Shown here: positions 26,748 through 36,635 of the stretch, piece by piece
Numbering within the stretch: the stretch's first letter is position 1
Layout: every line of letters starts with the position of its first letter
Assembly: GCA_965650625.1 (NCBI GenBank)
Contig: CBFGPE010000004.1
Location: forward strand, 23,115-87,114
Length of the DNA stretch: 64,000 nt
Direction: 5' to 3'
Source of the DNA: an uncultured Azospirillum sp.
Lineage (GTDB): Bacteria; Pseudomonadota; Alphaproteobacteria; Azospirillales; Azospirillaceae
Notes under the pieces: generated by a model
Databases searched by the model: none
What the model saw: only the letters and a program-made list of their open reading frames with translations
Told to the model about the DNA's origin: nothing
Translations under genes and position numbers: made by a program

Positions 26748-27690
26748 GACGGTACAGCTCCTCGGCGGCGGGGAAGGGGCTTTGCTCGGCGAAGGCGACG
26801 GCGGCGTCGACGGCGGCCTGGGCTTCCGCCTCGATGGCGGCGCGCTCCGCCTCCGGCAGCAGGGCGGCGATGCGCGGCACCTCGTCGCGGGCCTCCCACG
26901 GCTCCATTTCCGTCCGCGGACGGTAGCCCTGGTCGTAATCCTCGTTCGGGCCGACATGCTCGCGCCAGCGGTAGGCGTGGCATTCGATCAGCGCCGGCCC
27001 TTCGCCGCGGCGCAGCTTGGCCACCAGTTCGGCCGCGGTGTCGCGGACCTCGAACAGGTCGCCCGACGTGATCTTGCGCGCGTCGATGCCGAAGGTGGCG
27101 ACCCGCTCGCAGAAGCGGTCGGTCGCCCAGCGCTTCGTCTGCGGCTCGTGGATGGCGTAGAAGTTGTTCTCGCAGACGAACAGGATCGGCAGCTTGTGCA
27201 GCGCCGCGAAGTTCAGCGTCTCGTAGAAGCAGCCCTCCTCCGACGCGCCGTCGCCGAAGAAGGCGACGACGACCCGGTCGGTCTTCTGCCGCTTCAGGGC
27301 GAGGGCGTAGCCGGCGGCGATCGGGATCGTCGTGCCGACCACGGCGGAGGCGCCGAGCACATTGGCCTTGGTGTCGATCAGATGCATGGAGCCGCCGCGC
27401 CCGGCGGCGCTGCCGGTCGCCTTGCCGAACATCTCGGCCATCATCGCGGCCGGATCGCCGCCCTTCGCCAGATAGGCGGCATGTCCGCGATAGGTGCCCG
27501 ACACGGCGTCGTCCTGTCGCAGAACGTCGCAGACACCGACCGAGATGAACTCCTGGCCGATGGAGAGGTGCACCGGGCTCTTGATCCTGTCCGAAGGGTA
27601 GATCGCAGCCACCCGCTCTTCGTAATGGCGGATGAAGTAGAGGGAGCGGTACAGCCTAGCGATGGTCTCCGGGGTATACTGGGATGTCAT
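26734..27690 (-). CDS. TPP-dependent dehydrogenase E1 alpha-like subunit
   Basis: HLSIGQE, TYRGH, GRGGSMH, TPP motif FFGDGA...ENN, and YRWREH. Confidence 0.88.
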   Translation of the reverse strand: MTSQYTPETIARLYRSLYFIRHYEERVAAIYPSDRIKSPVHLSIGQEFISVGVCDVLRQDDAVSGTYRGHAAYLAKGGDPAAMMAEMFGKATGSAAGRGGSMHLIDTKANVLGASAVVGTTIPIAAGYALALKRQKTDRVVVAFFGDGASEEGCFYETLNFAALHKLPILFVCENNFYAIHEPQTKRWATDRFCERVATFGIDARKITSGDLFEVRDTAAELVAKLRRGEGPALIECHAYRWREHVGPNEDYDQGYRPRTEMEPWEARDEVPRIAALLPEAERAAIEAEAQAAVDAAVAFAEQSPFPAAEELYRHVFA

Positions 27691-28054
27691 TGATACGGAT
27701 CCCGCGAAGAGGTGAAGAAAGGCCACGATCCAGTCGCGATGATGAGGCTGCGCACAAAGACCTCTTTCCGAAGGTCGAAGGCACACCGCCGGATCCCACG
27801 CCACATCGAATAGCATACGCCAAAGGCCACATGCTTTTACCCCGCCATTCCGTAATGAATCAAGGGTTCCTGCAGGGCCGCAATTTGTCCGGCAAATAAT
27901 CCATTGATATCGTCATTGGACGATATCCCAGGCGGGAAAGGCTTGTTACAGAGTTATAATATGGGAATATGTGAGTATGTGGGGACGGCCGGACCCGCTC
28001 TTCCAGCCCGGCCGCCCCCCCTTTATGCCATCCCGAATGACCGTGCTATGGCGC

Positions 28055-29002
28055 TCAGACGACGTTGCCGTAGACCGCGTTGCGGATCATGCGGTAACCC
28101 TTGATCAACTCCTGGATGCCGTCGTCGAGCGAGAAGGCGGGCTTGTAGCCGGTCGCCTCGATCCGCTCGTTGGAGACGATGTAGTCGCGCTTGTCCGGAT
28201 CCTCGCCGATCGGCGCCTCCAGGAAGACGAACTTCGGCAGGTGCTTGTGGATGCGCTCGCACAGTTCCCACTTCGACAGGTTGGCGTCGGACAGGCCCAC
28301 ATTGTAGGGGCGGCCCTGCATCGTCTCGAAATTGTCCAACCCGTGCAGGAAGGCGCGGGCCACGTCGCGGACATGGATGTAGTTGCGCTTGAAGTGCGGC
28401 TCGAACAGCACCACGGCGCGGTCGTTGACGGCACGGTAGACGAAGTCGTTGACCAGCAGGTCGATGCGCATGCGCGGCGCCATGCCGAACACGGTGGCCA
28501 GACGGAAGCTGATCGAGTTGCCGCGGTCCAGCACCGCCTTCTCGGCCTCGACCTTGGTCCGGCCATAGAGCGAGATCGGATTCAGCGGGCTGTCTTCGGT
28601 GCAGAACTTGCCCTGTTCCCCGACCCCGTAGCCGGAGTTGGTGACCGGCATCACCAGGCGCTGCGACGGCGACAGAATCCTGGTGAGGGTGACCACCGCG
28701 TCGCGGTTGATGGTCTCGGCTCCGATCTTGTCGGCGTCGCACAGCGGGGCGCCCACCAGCGCCGCCAGCGGGATGACGACGTCGGCGGTCTTCGTCAGGC
28801 TGCGCAGGGTGGCTTCGTCACGGGCGTCGCCGCGGACCAGATCGAACTTCGGGTTGACGCAGACATGGCTCAGCGACGCCTGACGGAACATGAAGCTGTC
28901 GAGCACGGTCACCGAATGGCCGGCGTCGAGCAGCGCCGGAACCATGATCGAGCCGAGATAGCCGGCACCGCCGGTGACGAGGATGTTCAGGGACTGGGAC
29001 AT
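28055..29002 (-). CDS. SDR NAD-dependent dehydrogenase, Cj1427-like (GDP-heptose 4-dehydrogenase candidate)
   Basis: TGGAGYLG, IPLAALVGAPLC, TNSGYG, YGRTK, FRLATVFG, RMRIDLLVNDF, and GEDPDKRDY, all as recalled for C. jejuni Cj1427. Confidence 0.8.
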   Translation of the reverse strand: MSQSLNILVTGGAGYLGSIMVPALLDAGHSVTVLDSFMFRQASLSHVCVNPKFDLVRGDARDEATLRSLTKTADVVIPLAALVGAPLCDADKIGAETINRDAVVTLTRILSPSQRLVMPVTNSGYGVGEQGKFCTEDSPLNPISLYGRTKVEAEKAVLDRGNSISFRLATVFGMAPRMRIDLLVNDFVYRAVNDRAVVLFEPHFKRNYIHVRDVARAFLHGLDNFETMQGRPYNVGLSDANLSKWELCERIHKHLPKFVFLEAPIGEDPDKRDYIVSNERIEATGYKPAFSLDDGIQELIKGYRMIRNAVYGNVV

Positions 29003-29102
29003 GATGTGACCTCTACCGACAAGACGGAGCAACCGCCGTCAGCGGCACGGGGCACGCGGCGAGCGGCGGGATAGGCGGACGGCGCTGGGCCGGTCGGAAG
29101 CC

Positions 29103-29133
29103 GGCGAAGCCAACGGGCTGGCGAAGCCAACGG
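29103..29133. repeat. 14-bp direct repeat (ggcgaagccaacgg x2) in a divergent intergenic region
   Basis: Copies at 29103-29116 and 29120-29133. Confidence 0.65.
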
Positions 29134-29253
29134 AACGCGCCGCGGCATTGGTAGTCCGGCAACCCTTGAGGGCGCAAGGACTGTGTGGACGGGCGGAAAG
29201 GCGCCGTGATAGGTGGATCGCTCCCGCTTCCGGCACAGAACGCGTATCGCCCC

Positions 29254-30558
29254 ATGAGCATGCCCATCCACGGCACCATCGGCACGCCGCCCGGCGTCCC
29301 CTCCGATGCGGCGGCTGCCGTTTCCGCTCCGCCGCTTCCCCGCCAATGCGTCATCCTGGTCGGCGGTCTCGGCACCCGGCTTGGGGACCGCACGCGCCTG
29401 ACGCCGAAGCCCCTGCTGGAGGTGGCGGGCAAGCCGTTCCTCGATCACCTGATCGGCAATCTCGCCCGTTTCGGCTTCGAGCGGGTGCTGCTGCTGGGCG
29501 GCTACCGGGGCGAGGTGCTGCGCGACTATTGCGCCGCGGCGGCCACGGAGGACGGCCGGTCGAGCCGCTTCGGCGTCGCGCTCTCCTGCCTGATCGAGGG
29601 GGAGCCGGCCGGCACCGGCGGCGCCCTGGTCCAGGCCGGCGATGCGCTGGACGAGCGCTTCCTGCTGCTGAACGGCGATTCCTTCTTCGACATCAACTAT
29701 CTGGATCTGACGGCGCCGCTCGGCGACGGGATGCTGGCACGGGTGGCACTGCGCCGGGTGGAGGATGCGGCGCGCTACGGCGCCGTCCGCCTGGAGGGCG
29801 AGCGGATCCGCGCCTTCGCCGAACGGCCGGAGCAGGGGGGCGAGGGGCTCATCAACGGCGGCATCTATTGGATGGACCGCCGCATCCTCGACCATATTCC
29901 CGCCGGCTCCTGTTCGCTGGAGCGCGACGTGCTGCCCAGGCTGGCCGAACGGGGCGAACTGGCCGGGCGCTGCTATGACGGCGCCTTCATCGACATCGGC
30001 ATTCCCCAGGATCTGGCGCGGGCCGACGGGCTGGCCGCCGGATGGCACCGCCGGCCCGCCGCCTTCCTCGACCGCGACGGGGTGCTGAACCTCGATCACG
30101 GCTATGTCCACCACCGGGGCCATTTCGAGTGGGTCGACGGGGCGGTGGACGCCGTCAAGCTGCTGAACGACCGCGGCTATTACGTCTTCCTCATCACCAA
30201 CCAGGCGGGCGTCGCCCACGGCCATTACGACGAGGAGGCGATCCACGCCCTCCATGGCTGGATGCGGGAGGAACTGCGCCGCAACGGCGCCCATCTCGAC
30301 GACGTCCGCTATTGCCCCTACCACCCGGAGGGGGCGGTCGAGCGCTACCGCCGCGCATCCGACTGGCGCAAGCCGGAGGCGGGCATGCTGCGCGACCTGA
30401 TGGCCCATTGGCCGGTGGAGACCACCGGCAGCTTCGTCATCGGCGACCACGACACCGACATGGCCGCCGCAAGGGTCGCCGGCGTTGCCGGCCACCTGTT
30501 CACCGGCAGCAACCTGCTGGAGCGGGTGCGCGCCATTCTGGGCGAGAACGGGGGCTGA
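29254..30558 (+). CDS. hddC: Bifunctional HddC-like heptose-1-P nucleotidyltransferase / GmhB heptose-bisphosphate phosphatase
   Basis: LVGGLGTRL...TPKPLL...GTGGAL...NGDS...FIDIGIP followed by HAD domain FLDRDGVLN, TNQAG, CPYHP, RKP, and IGD. Confidence 0.88.
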   Translation: MSMPIHGTIGTPPGVPSDAAAAVSAPPLPRQCVILVGGLGTRLGDRTRLTPKPLLEVAGKPFLDHLIGNLARFGFERVLLLGGYRGEVLRDYCAAAATEDGRSSRFGVALSCLIEGEPAGTGGALVQAGDALDERFLLLNGDSFFDINYLDLTAPLGDGMLARVALRRVEDAARYGAVRLEGERIRAFAERPEQGGEGLINGGIYWMDRRILDHIPAGSCSLERDVLPRLAERGELAGRCYDGAFIDIGIPQDLARADGLAAGWHRRPAAFLDRDGVLNLDHGYVHHRGHFEWVDGAVDAVKLLNDRGYYVFLITNQAGVAHGHYDEEAIHALHGWMREELRRNGAHLDDVRYCPYHPEGAVERYRRASDWRKPEAGMLRDLMAHWPVETTGSFVIGDHDTDMAAARVAGVAGHLFTGSNLLERVRAILGENGG

Positions 30559-30588
30559 GGCACCCTTTTGCCTTCAGCCAGCCTCTCC

Positions 30589-32628
30589 TCAGCCCGCCGG
30601 CAGGATGAAGCCCTGCGGCGGCCGGCTGGCGCTGTGCAGCGACCACATGACCTGATAGGCGCGTTCCAGGTTGCGGGTGAAGCGGCGGCTGTCGAACAGC
30701 GGCACCGTCATCCGCCCGTCCTCCAGCCGCTTGCGCAGGGCAGCACGCCGTCCGGAATCACCGGCGAGCGCCACCGCCATCTCCTCATACTCGGCCAGCG
30801 AGCGGGTGACGGTGTCGGGCAGGCCGGCGGCGTTCAGCAGGCTGGCCGCCACCCGCGAGGCGAAGGTGCCGCCGAGGCACGTCACCACCGGGCAGCCCGC
30901 CCATAGCGCGTCGCTGGTGGTGGTGTGGCCGGTGTAGGGCAGGGTATCGAGCGCCAGATCGGCGACGCGGTAGCGGGCGATGTGGTCCGGCAGCGGGCGG
31001 GGCGGCGCGAAGACCAGCCGGGCCGGATCGATGCCCTGGGCCTTGGCCGACGCCGTCAGGTTGGCGGCCGCCAACGGGTTGGCCTCGAACAGCCACAGCA
31101 CCGATCCGGGCACGCGCTTCAGGATGCGCATCCACAGGCCGAACATCGCCGGGCTGATCTTGTAGGCGGTGTTGAAGGCGGCGAAGACGACGCCGTCCTC
31201 CGGCAGGCCGCAGTCGGCCCGGGACGGCACCGTGTCGGGCAAGGGGCGGTGGCGGTCGTTGATCTGATAGGCGTCGGGCAGGATCGCCAGCCGCTCGGCA
31301 TAGAAGGGCTGGTGGTCCGGCGGGGTGACGAAGCGGTCGCCGATCACATAGTCCATGTGCGGGCAGCCGATGGTGCCGGGATAGCCCAGGTAACTGACCT
31401 CGACCGGCGCCAGCCGGCGCGACAGCAGGTCGAGCCGGGTCTGCTTCGTGTAGCCCTTCAGGTCGACCATGATGTCGACGCCGTCGTCGGCCATGCGACG
31501 GGCGACGGCATCGAGCGGCACGCTGCGGATGTCGCGGAAATGGTCGAAGGCCTGGACCAGCCGTTTGCGCATCGCGCTGCCGTCGTCGGGCCCGTAGGAA
31601 TAGGCCAGCACCTCGAACCGCTCGCGGTCATGCAGTTCGAACAGTTCGGCCGCCAGATAGGCGGTGGCGTGCTCGTGGAAATCGGCCGAGACATAGGCGA
31701 CGCGCAGCCGGCCGTCGCGGCGCGGCTCCGGCCGCGCCGGCATCGGCGGCGACGAGGCGCGCTTGATCAGCCGGTCGAAGAACATCCGGGCGGCGCGGTC
31801 CTGCTGGGCCGGCGTGGTGTCGATCGACAGGGCGGCCAGCGGGATGACCACGCCGGCGTCGCGGTCGATGGTGTCCGTCACCATCCGGCAGAGGCGGTCG
31901 TAATCGCCCCAGGCGCACAGCGTCTGCTTGAGATACAGGTGGTAGCACAGCGCCTCGGTCTTGGCCGGGGTCAGCGTCACCGCCCGGTCGTAGGCCGTGT
32001 GCGCCTCGGCGAAGCGCCCCAGCTCGCGCAGGACATGGGCGTAGCCCAGCATCGCCTCGCCATGGCCGGGATCGGCGACCAGTGCCCGACGCAGCGCGCG
32101 CTTCGCCTCCGCCACGCGATGGCCTTCGCGCAGGGCCACGCCGAGGTTGGCGGCGGCGAGCGCATCGATGGGACGCAGCCGCAGCGCGCGGGCGAAGTCG
32201 ATCGCCGCTCCGTCGCGGTCGCCCAGCGTCAGCCGGGCCGAACCGCGGTTGACATAGCCTTCCGGTGCGGCGGGGCCCAGCAGGACGCAGCGGTCGTGGG
32301 CGGCCAGGGCCTCGCCCATGCGGCCCAGCGACTGCAGCACGGTTCCGAGATTGCCGTGGCTGTCGGCCAGGTCGGGCCGGACGGAGATCGCCTGCCGCAG
32401 GATGGCTTCCGCCTCCTGCGGCCGGCTCTGCATCATCACCGCCACGCCCAGCAGCTGGAGGACCTCGCCCTGGTTGGGAACGGCATCCAGGATCGCCCGG
32501 CACAGCCGTTCGGATTCCGTGGCCCGGCCGGCCCGGAAATGATCGAGCGCCAGTCGCGCCGCATCGGTGATGGTCATGGTCGCCGGGGGAGGCCCGGAAG
32601 GCGGTGCGGAAGGCGTTGCAGCGGTCAT
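30589..32628 (-). CDS. TPR + O-GlcNAc transferase-like (GT41/SPINDLY) protein
   Basis: TPR helices, then RLRVAYVSADFHEHAT, VDLKGYT, SYLGYPGT, FAAFNTAYKI, LDTLPYTGHTTTSDALWAGCPV, and FASRVAASLL. Confidence 0.9.
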   Translation of the reverse strand: MTAATPSAPPSGPPPATMTITDAARLALDHFRAGRATESERLCRAILDAVPNQGEVLQLLGVAVMMQSRPQEAEAILRQAISVRPDLADSHGNLGTVLQSLGRMGEALAAHDRCVLLGPAAPEGYVNRGSARLTLGDRDGAAIDFARALRLRPIDALAAANLGVALREGHRVAEAKRALRRALVADPGHGEAMLGYAHVLRELGRFAEAHTAYDRAVTLTPAKTEALCYHLYLKQTLCAWGDYDRLCRMVTDTIDRDAGVVIPLAALSIDTTPAQQDRAARMFFDRLIKRASSPPMPARPEPRRDGRLRVAYVSADFHEHATAYLAAELFELHDRERFEVLAYSYGPDDGSAMRKRLVQAFDHFRDIRSVPLDAVARRMADDGVDIMVDLKGYTKQTRLDLLSRRLAPVEVSYLGYPGTIGCPHMDYVIGDRFVTPPDHQPFYAERLAILPDAYQINDRHRPLPDTVPSRADCGLPEDGVVFAAFNTAYKISPAMFGLWMRILKRVPGSVLWLFEANPLAAANLTASAKAQGIDPARLVFAPPRPLPDHIARYRVADLALDTLPYTGHTTTSDALWAGCPVVTCLGGTFASRVAASLLNAAGLPDTVTRSLAEYEEMAVALAGDSGRRAALRKRLEDGRMTVPLFDSRRFTRNLERAYQVMWSLHSASRPPQGFILPAG

Positions 32629-34136
32629 CGTCCGCCCTCCGGGGCGGAGAGTGCCGCCACCTCCGCCGTCACTGCCGCCGTCACCCTGGCCATCACCTCG
32701 GCCCAATCGTTGGACGTCGCCTGACGGAACAGGCGCATGGTCGGATACCAGGGGCTGTCGAGCCGGTCACGCATCCAGCGCCAGTCGGCGAACCATTTCA
32801 GCACCACCCAGGTCGGCCGCCCCATGGCGCCGGCGAGATGGCAGACCGAGGTGTCGCAGGTGATGACCAGATCGAGGTTGGCCATCACCGCGGCGGTGTC
32901 GAGGAAGGCGTCCGGGCCGGCATCGAAATCCACCCCCAGCTCCGTCACCGCCACCCGGTCGCGCAGCCGCTGCAGATGGTCGAGGCCCGACACCTTCTGC
33001 AGGCTGTAGAGCCGGACGCCGGGCAGCCGGCCCATCGCCTCGAAACACTCCAGCGGGATCGACTTGCCGGTCTCGTTGCCGTGCCAGTTGATGCCGACGC
33101 GCAAGGCCGGGCGCCTGCCGCCCTCCAGCCGCTCCAGCCGCTCCGCCCAGCGGGCCGCCAGCTCCGGCTCGGCGCGCAGATAGGGCACGCCGCCGGGGAC
33201 GTTGTCCGGCGTGGTGCCCAGCCGGTGCATCAGGCTCATCAGCGAGACGTAATAATCATAGGCCGGCAGCGGCTCGCCGAAGGCGAACAGCCCGTCCAGG
33301 TCGGGGGCGGTCGACAGCACCCGCTTCAGCGCCGGCTGGCATTCGTAGAGCACCCGCGCGCCCATTCGCTTCAGCACGCCGGCATAGCGGATGTACTGGA
33401 AGGAGTCGCCCAGCCCCTGTTCGAAATGCACCAGCAGCGTCTTGCCGGCCAGCGGCTGGCCCTGCCACAGCACGCCCGGCATGTTGCGCTTGCGCCAGAC
33501 CCCCTGCTCCAGCCGGCCTTCGTAGGCGACGGTGCCGTTGGGATAGTCGCCGGCCATCAGCAGGCAGGTGCCGAGATTCTTGCGGTATTCCGGCTTTCCG
33601 ACATCGATGGCGAGCGCACGGCGGTAGTGCCGCGCCGCCTCCGGCGGAAGACCGAGACTGAGGTTGACCGCGCCCAGGTTGTTGCAGTTGACGGCCACGT
33701 CCGGTTCGACGGCAAGCGCCAGCCGGTAGACGGCGCGGGCCTTTTCCCCGTCGCCGGTGAACATGAACAGGTTGCCGAGCGTCAGCAGCGCCCCCGGATG
33801 ATCCGGCTTCAGGCGGGCCAGTTCCCGGAAGGCGATCAGCGCATGGTCGAAGTTGCGCTGGTCCATCAGGATGCCGCCCAGTGCGTTCAGCACGTCCGGA
33901 TAGGCGGGGCGCAGGCGCAGCGCCTGGCGCAGCGGCTCCATCGCCTCGTCCGGGCGGCCGGCGGCACGCAGGCAGAGACCGAGGTTGCCGTGCAGGTTGG
34001 CGACGCCGGGATGCTCTTCGGCCAGCCGGCGGAAGGTATCGGCCGCTTCGACGAAGCGCCCGCTCTGGAACAGGGCGGCGCCGTGGTTGAAGGCCTGAAT
34101 GAAGGCCGGCGAGAACTCGGAAATGGCAACCCCCAA
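32625..34136 (-). CDS. TPR + GT9-like glycosyltransferase
   Basis: TPRs, WQGQPLAGKTLLVHFEQGLGDSFQYIRY, DLVITCDTSVCHLAGAMGRP, and DWRW...SPWYPTMRLFRQ. Start uncertain (TTG 34136). Confidence 0.85.
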   Translation of the reverse strand: MGVAISEFSPAFIQAFNHGAALFQSGRFVEAADTFRRLAEEHPGVANLHGNLGLCLRAAGRPDEAMEPLRQALRLRPAYPDVLNALGGILMDQRNFDHALIAFRELARLKPDHPGALLTLGNLFMFTGDGEKARAVYRLALAVEPDVAVNCNNLGAVNLSLGLPPEAARHYRRALAIDVGKPEYRKNLGTCLLMAGDYPNGTVAYEGRLEQGVWRKRNMPGVLWQGQPLAGKTLLVHFEQGLGDSFQYIRYAGVLKRMGARVLYECQPALKRVLSTAPDLDGLFAFGEPLPAYDYYVSLMSLMHRLGTTPDNVPGGVPYLRAEPELAARWAERLERLEGGRRPALRVGINWHGNETGKSIPLECFEAMGRLPGVRLYSLQKVSGLDHLQRLRDRVAVTELGVDFDAGPDAFLDTAAVMANLDLVITCDTSVCHLAGAMGRPTWVVLKWFADWRWMRDRLDSPWYPTMRLFRQATSNDWAEVMARVTAAVTAEVAALSAPEGGR

Positions 34137-34268
34137 CGCTTCGGCCCCAACAAAGCCCCGCCCGCGCGGATGGACCTGCCGCACGGAACCGCGGCTTCTT
34201 ACCCCAAGAGCCCGGTCGGCGGCAATAAAGGGCTGCCCTTTCCGGTTCCGGGGCCTTACCGCCCAGCC

Positions 34269-35093
34269 CTACCGCTCAGGCTTCCGTCCGATGGCCGCCC
34301 AGGAGATCTCGTTGACCCAGGCGAGCTGTACGCCCTCCAGCCCGGCGCCCGTCATCAGCGCCTCCACCTCGTCGCGGCGCCAGTAATTGGCGATCTTCGG
34401 CAGCATCTGGTCGAAGACGATGGAGCGCAGATGCGCGAAGTCGAAGCGGCGGATCAGGCGGAAATATTCCAGCCGGTCCAGCCCCAGCCGCAGGGCCAGC
34501 CACAGAAGCGCGGTCGGCGGCAGGGACAGCGCATGCACCAGTCCGATCGGCAGGCGGCTGAACAGCGCCTTGCGCAGCGGGTCGGCGAAGCGGACGATCC
34601 AGCCGTTGTTCTCGCGGCCATAGACCCAGATCATCACCCGCCCGCCCGGCTTCACCGCGCGCACCATGTTGGCGAGCGCCGTTTCCGGATGGGCCAGATG
34701 GTGGATGACGCCGATGGAGAAGGCGAGATCGAAACGCTCCACCTCGTTCAGCTCGTAGGCGCTCTGGCGGCGCACCTCCATGGCCGGGTGCGGCGCCAGC
34801 GTGGCGCGGGCCGAGGTCAGGCTGCGCTCGTCGATGTCGATGGCCAGCCCGCCGGCCGCGCCGTAGCTCATCGGCCAATGGCTGTTGCGCCCCATGCCGC
34901 AGCCGACATCGACGAAGCTCAGGCCGCGCCAGTCCTCCGGCGCCATGAAGGGCGTCCAGCGGCGGAATTGCTCCTCATAGATGTCCTTCAGCTCGGCATA
35001 ACGGCCCCACTCATAGCCGAAGCGGTCGGCCGACCCGCTGTGCACCGCGGAGGCGGTGTCGGGAGCGGCGGAAGGGGGCGGCGCTTCGCTCAT
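34269..35093 (-). CDS. Class I SAM methyltransferase
   Basis: RFGYEW, VDVGCGMGR, SIGVIHH, and KPGG. Confidence 0.85.
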   Translation of the reverse strand: MSEAPPPSAAPDTASAVHSGSADRFGYEWGRYAELKDIYEEQFRRWTPFMAPEDWRGLSFVDVGCGMGRNSHWPMSYGAAGGLAIDIDERSLTSARATLAPHPAMEVRRQSAYELNEVERFDLAFSIGVIHHLAHPETALANMVRAVKPGGRVMIWVYGRENNGWIVRFADPLRKALFSRLPIGLVHALSLPPTALLWLALRLGLDRLEYFRLIRRFDFAHLRSIVFDQMLPKIANYWRRDEVEALMTGAGLEGVQLAWVNEISWAAIGRKPER

Positions 35094-35326
35094 CGCGGCG
35101 GTCCGGTGTTGTGGGTGGGGCAGGGTGGTGGGCGGTATGGCGGCTATCGGTAGAAGCCGGGGGGCGGGCTTGTCAAGCCGGGCGCCCGTTTCGCTTGTCC
35201 TGTGCGGGCGCGCGATGCTGTCCGCCAGTCGCCGAACGGCGACGCTGTCCGCTTGTCGCCGTCCGCCGGTTTATGCCAAACATGGGCGCCGTCGATGCGG
35301 ACGGCAGATTGGCGACCTCGGAAGAC

Positions 35327-35983
35327 ATGATCGCGATACTGGCGCACCGCGGGTTCTGGACGGAACCGGCCGAAAAGAACAGCCGGGAGGCGCTCGAGCG
35401 GGCGTTCCGCGAGGGCTTCGGCATTGAGACCGACATCCGCGACCGGAACGGCGCGCTGGTCGTCAGCCATGATCCTCCAGTCGGCGACGGCCTGATGTCC
35501 TTCGACGAACTGCTGGAGCTGTACGGGCGCCATGCCCCCCAGGCAGGTGGTCGGGCCGGAACGCTGGCGCTCAACATCAAGGCCGACGGCCTGCAGGGGC
35601 CGCTGCTCGACGCCCTGGCGCGCCATGGTGTGGACGACTGGTTCGTGTTCGACATGGCGGTGCCCGACGGCATCCTCTATCTGCGCCGCGGCGCCGTCGC
35701 CTACACCCGGCAGAGCGAGTATGAGCGGGAGCCGTCCTTCTACGAGCAGGCGGCCGGCGTCTGGCTCGACGCCTTCGAGAGCGACTGGATCGACGCCGCC
35801 GTGATCGAGCGGCATTTGGCCGCGGGCAAGCGCGTCGCCCTCGTCTCGCCCGAACTGCACGGACGCCCCCATGCCGCCACGTGGGAAAGCTGGAAGGCCG
35901 TCGCCTCCCGGGCCGAACCCGGCATGCTTGCCCTTTGCACCGATTTCCCCGACAAGGCGCGCGAGTTCTTCAATGCCTGCTGA
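35327..35983 (+). CDS. Glycerophosphodiester phosphodiesterase-like protein
   Basis: LAHRG, EKNS, GIETDIRD, SHD, LNIKADG, VSPELH, and CTDFP. Confidence 0.8.
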   Translation: MIAILAHRGFWTEPAEKNSREALERAFREGFGIETDIRDRNGALVVSHDPPVGDGLMSFDELLELYGRHAPQAGGRAGTLALNIKADGLQGPLLDALARHGVDDWFVFDMAVPDGILYLRRGAVAYTRQSEYEREPSFYEQAAGVWLDAFESDWIDAAVIERHLAAGKRVALVSPELHGRPHAATWESWKAVASRAEPGMLALCTDFPDKAREFFNAC

Positions 35984-36635
35984 AACGCCTGCCGGAACGC
36001 CGGCCCGGATCAAGGCCGTCCTCTACGACATGGACGGCGTACTGATCGATGCCAAGGACTGGCATTACGAAGCGCTGAACGAGGCGCTCGCCCTGTTCGG
36101 CATGGAGATCAAGCGCGACGAGCATCTGGCGCTCTATGACGGCCTGCCGACCCGCCGCAAGCTGGAGATGCTGAGCGCCAGCCGGCAGCTGCCGGTCCGG
36201 CTGCACGGCTTCATCAACGAGATGAAGCAGCGCCGCACCATCGAGCTGGCCTATTCGCGCTGCCGCCCCTTCTTTCCCCACCAGTACGCGCTGTCGCGCC
36301 TCCAGGCGGAAGGCTACCGGCAGGCGGCCTGCTCCAACTCCATCCGCAACACGGTGGCGGTGATGCTCGGACAGGCGGCCCTGCTGCCCTATTTCGAGTT
36401 CTACCTGTCCAACGAGGATGTGGCCCAGGCCAAGCCGCACCCGGAGATTTACCTGACGGCGATGCAGCGGATGGGCCTGGCGCCGCAGGAATGCCTGATC
36501 GTCGAGGACAACGAGCATGGCATCCGCGCCGCCAGGGCCAGCGGCGCCCATGTGATGGAGGTCGGGGACGTCTACGACGTCACCTATGACCGCATCCGCC
36601 GGCACATCGCCCGCGCCCAGGGAGAGACGCCGTGA
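35973..36635 (+). CDS. HAD-superfamily phosphatase
   Basis: YDMDGVLID, CSNS, KPHPEIY, and VEDNEHG. Confidence 0.88.
   Translation: MPAETPAGTPARIKAVLYDMDGVLIDAKDWHYEALNEALALFGMEIKRDEHLALYDGLPTRRKLEMLSASRQLPVRLHGFINEMKQRRTIELAYSRCRPFFPHQYALSRLQAEGYRQAACSNSIRNTVAVMLGQAALLPYFEFYLSNEDVAQAKPHPEIYLTAMQRMGLAPQECLIVEDNEHGIRAARASGAHVMEVGDVYDVTYDRIRRHIARAQGETP

Noticed and set aside
25677-27690. Central-metabolism pyruvate dehydrogenase
   Set aside because: No E2/E3 or lipoyl domain nearby, and it is embedded between nucleotide-sugar genes.
35160-35200. Possible sigma-54 promoter upstream of the WavE cassette
   Set aside because: Only GG-N10-GC spacing is present, without the TGGCAC/TTGC consensus, which is expected by chance in GC-rich DNA.
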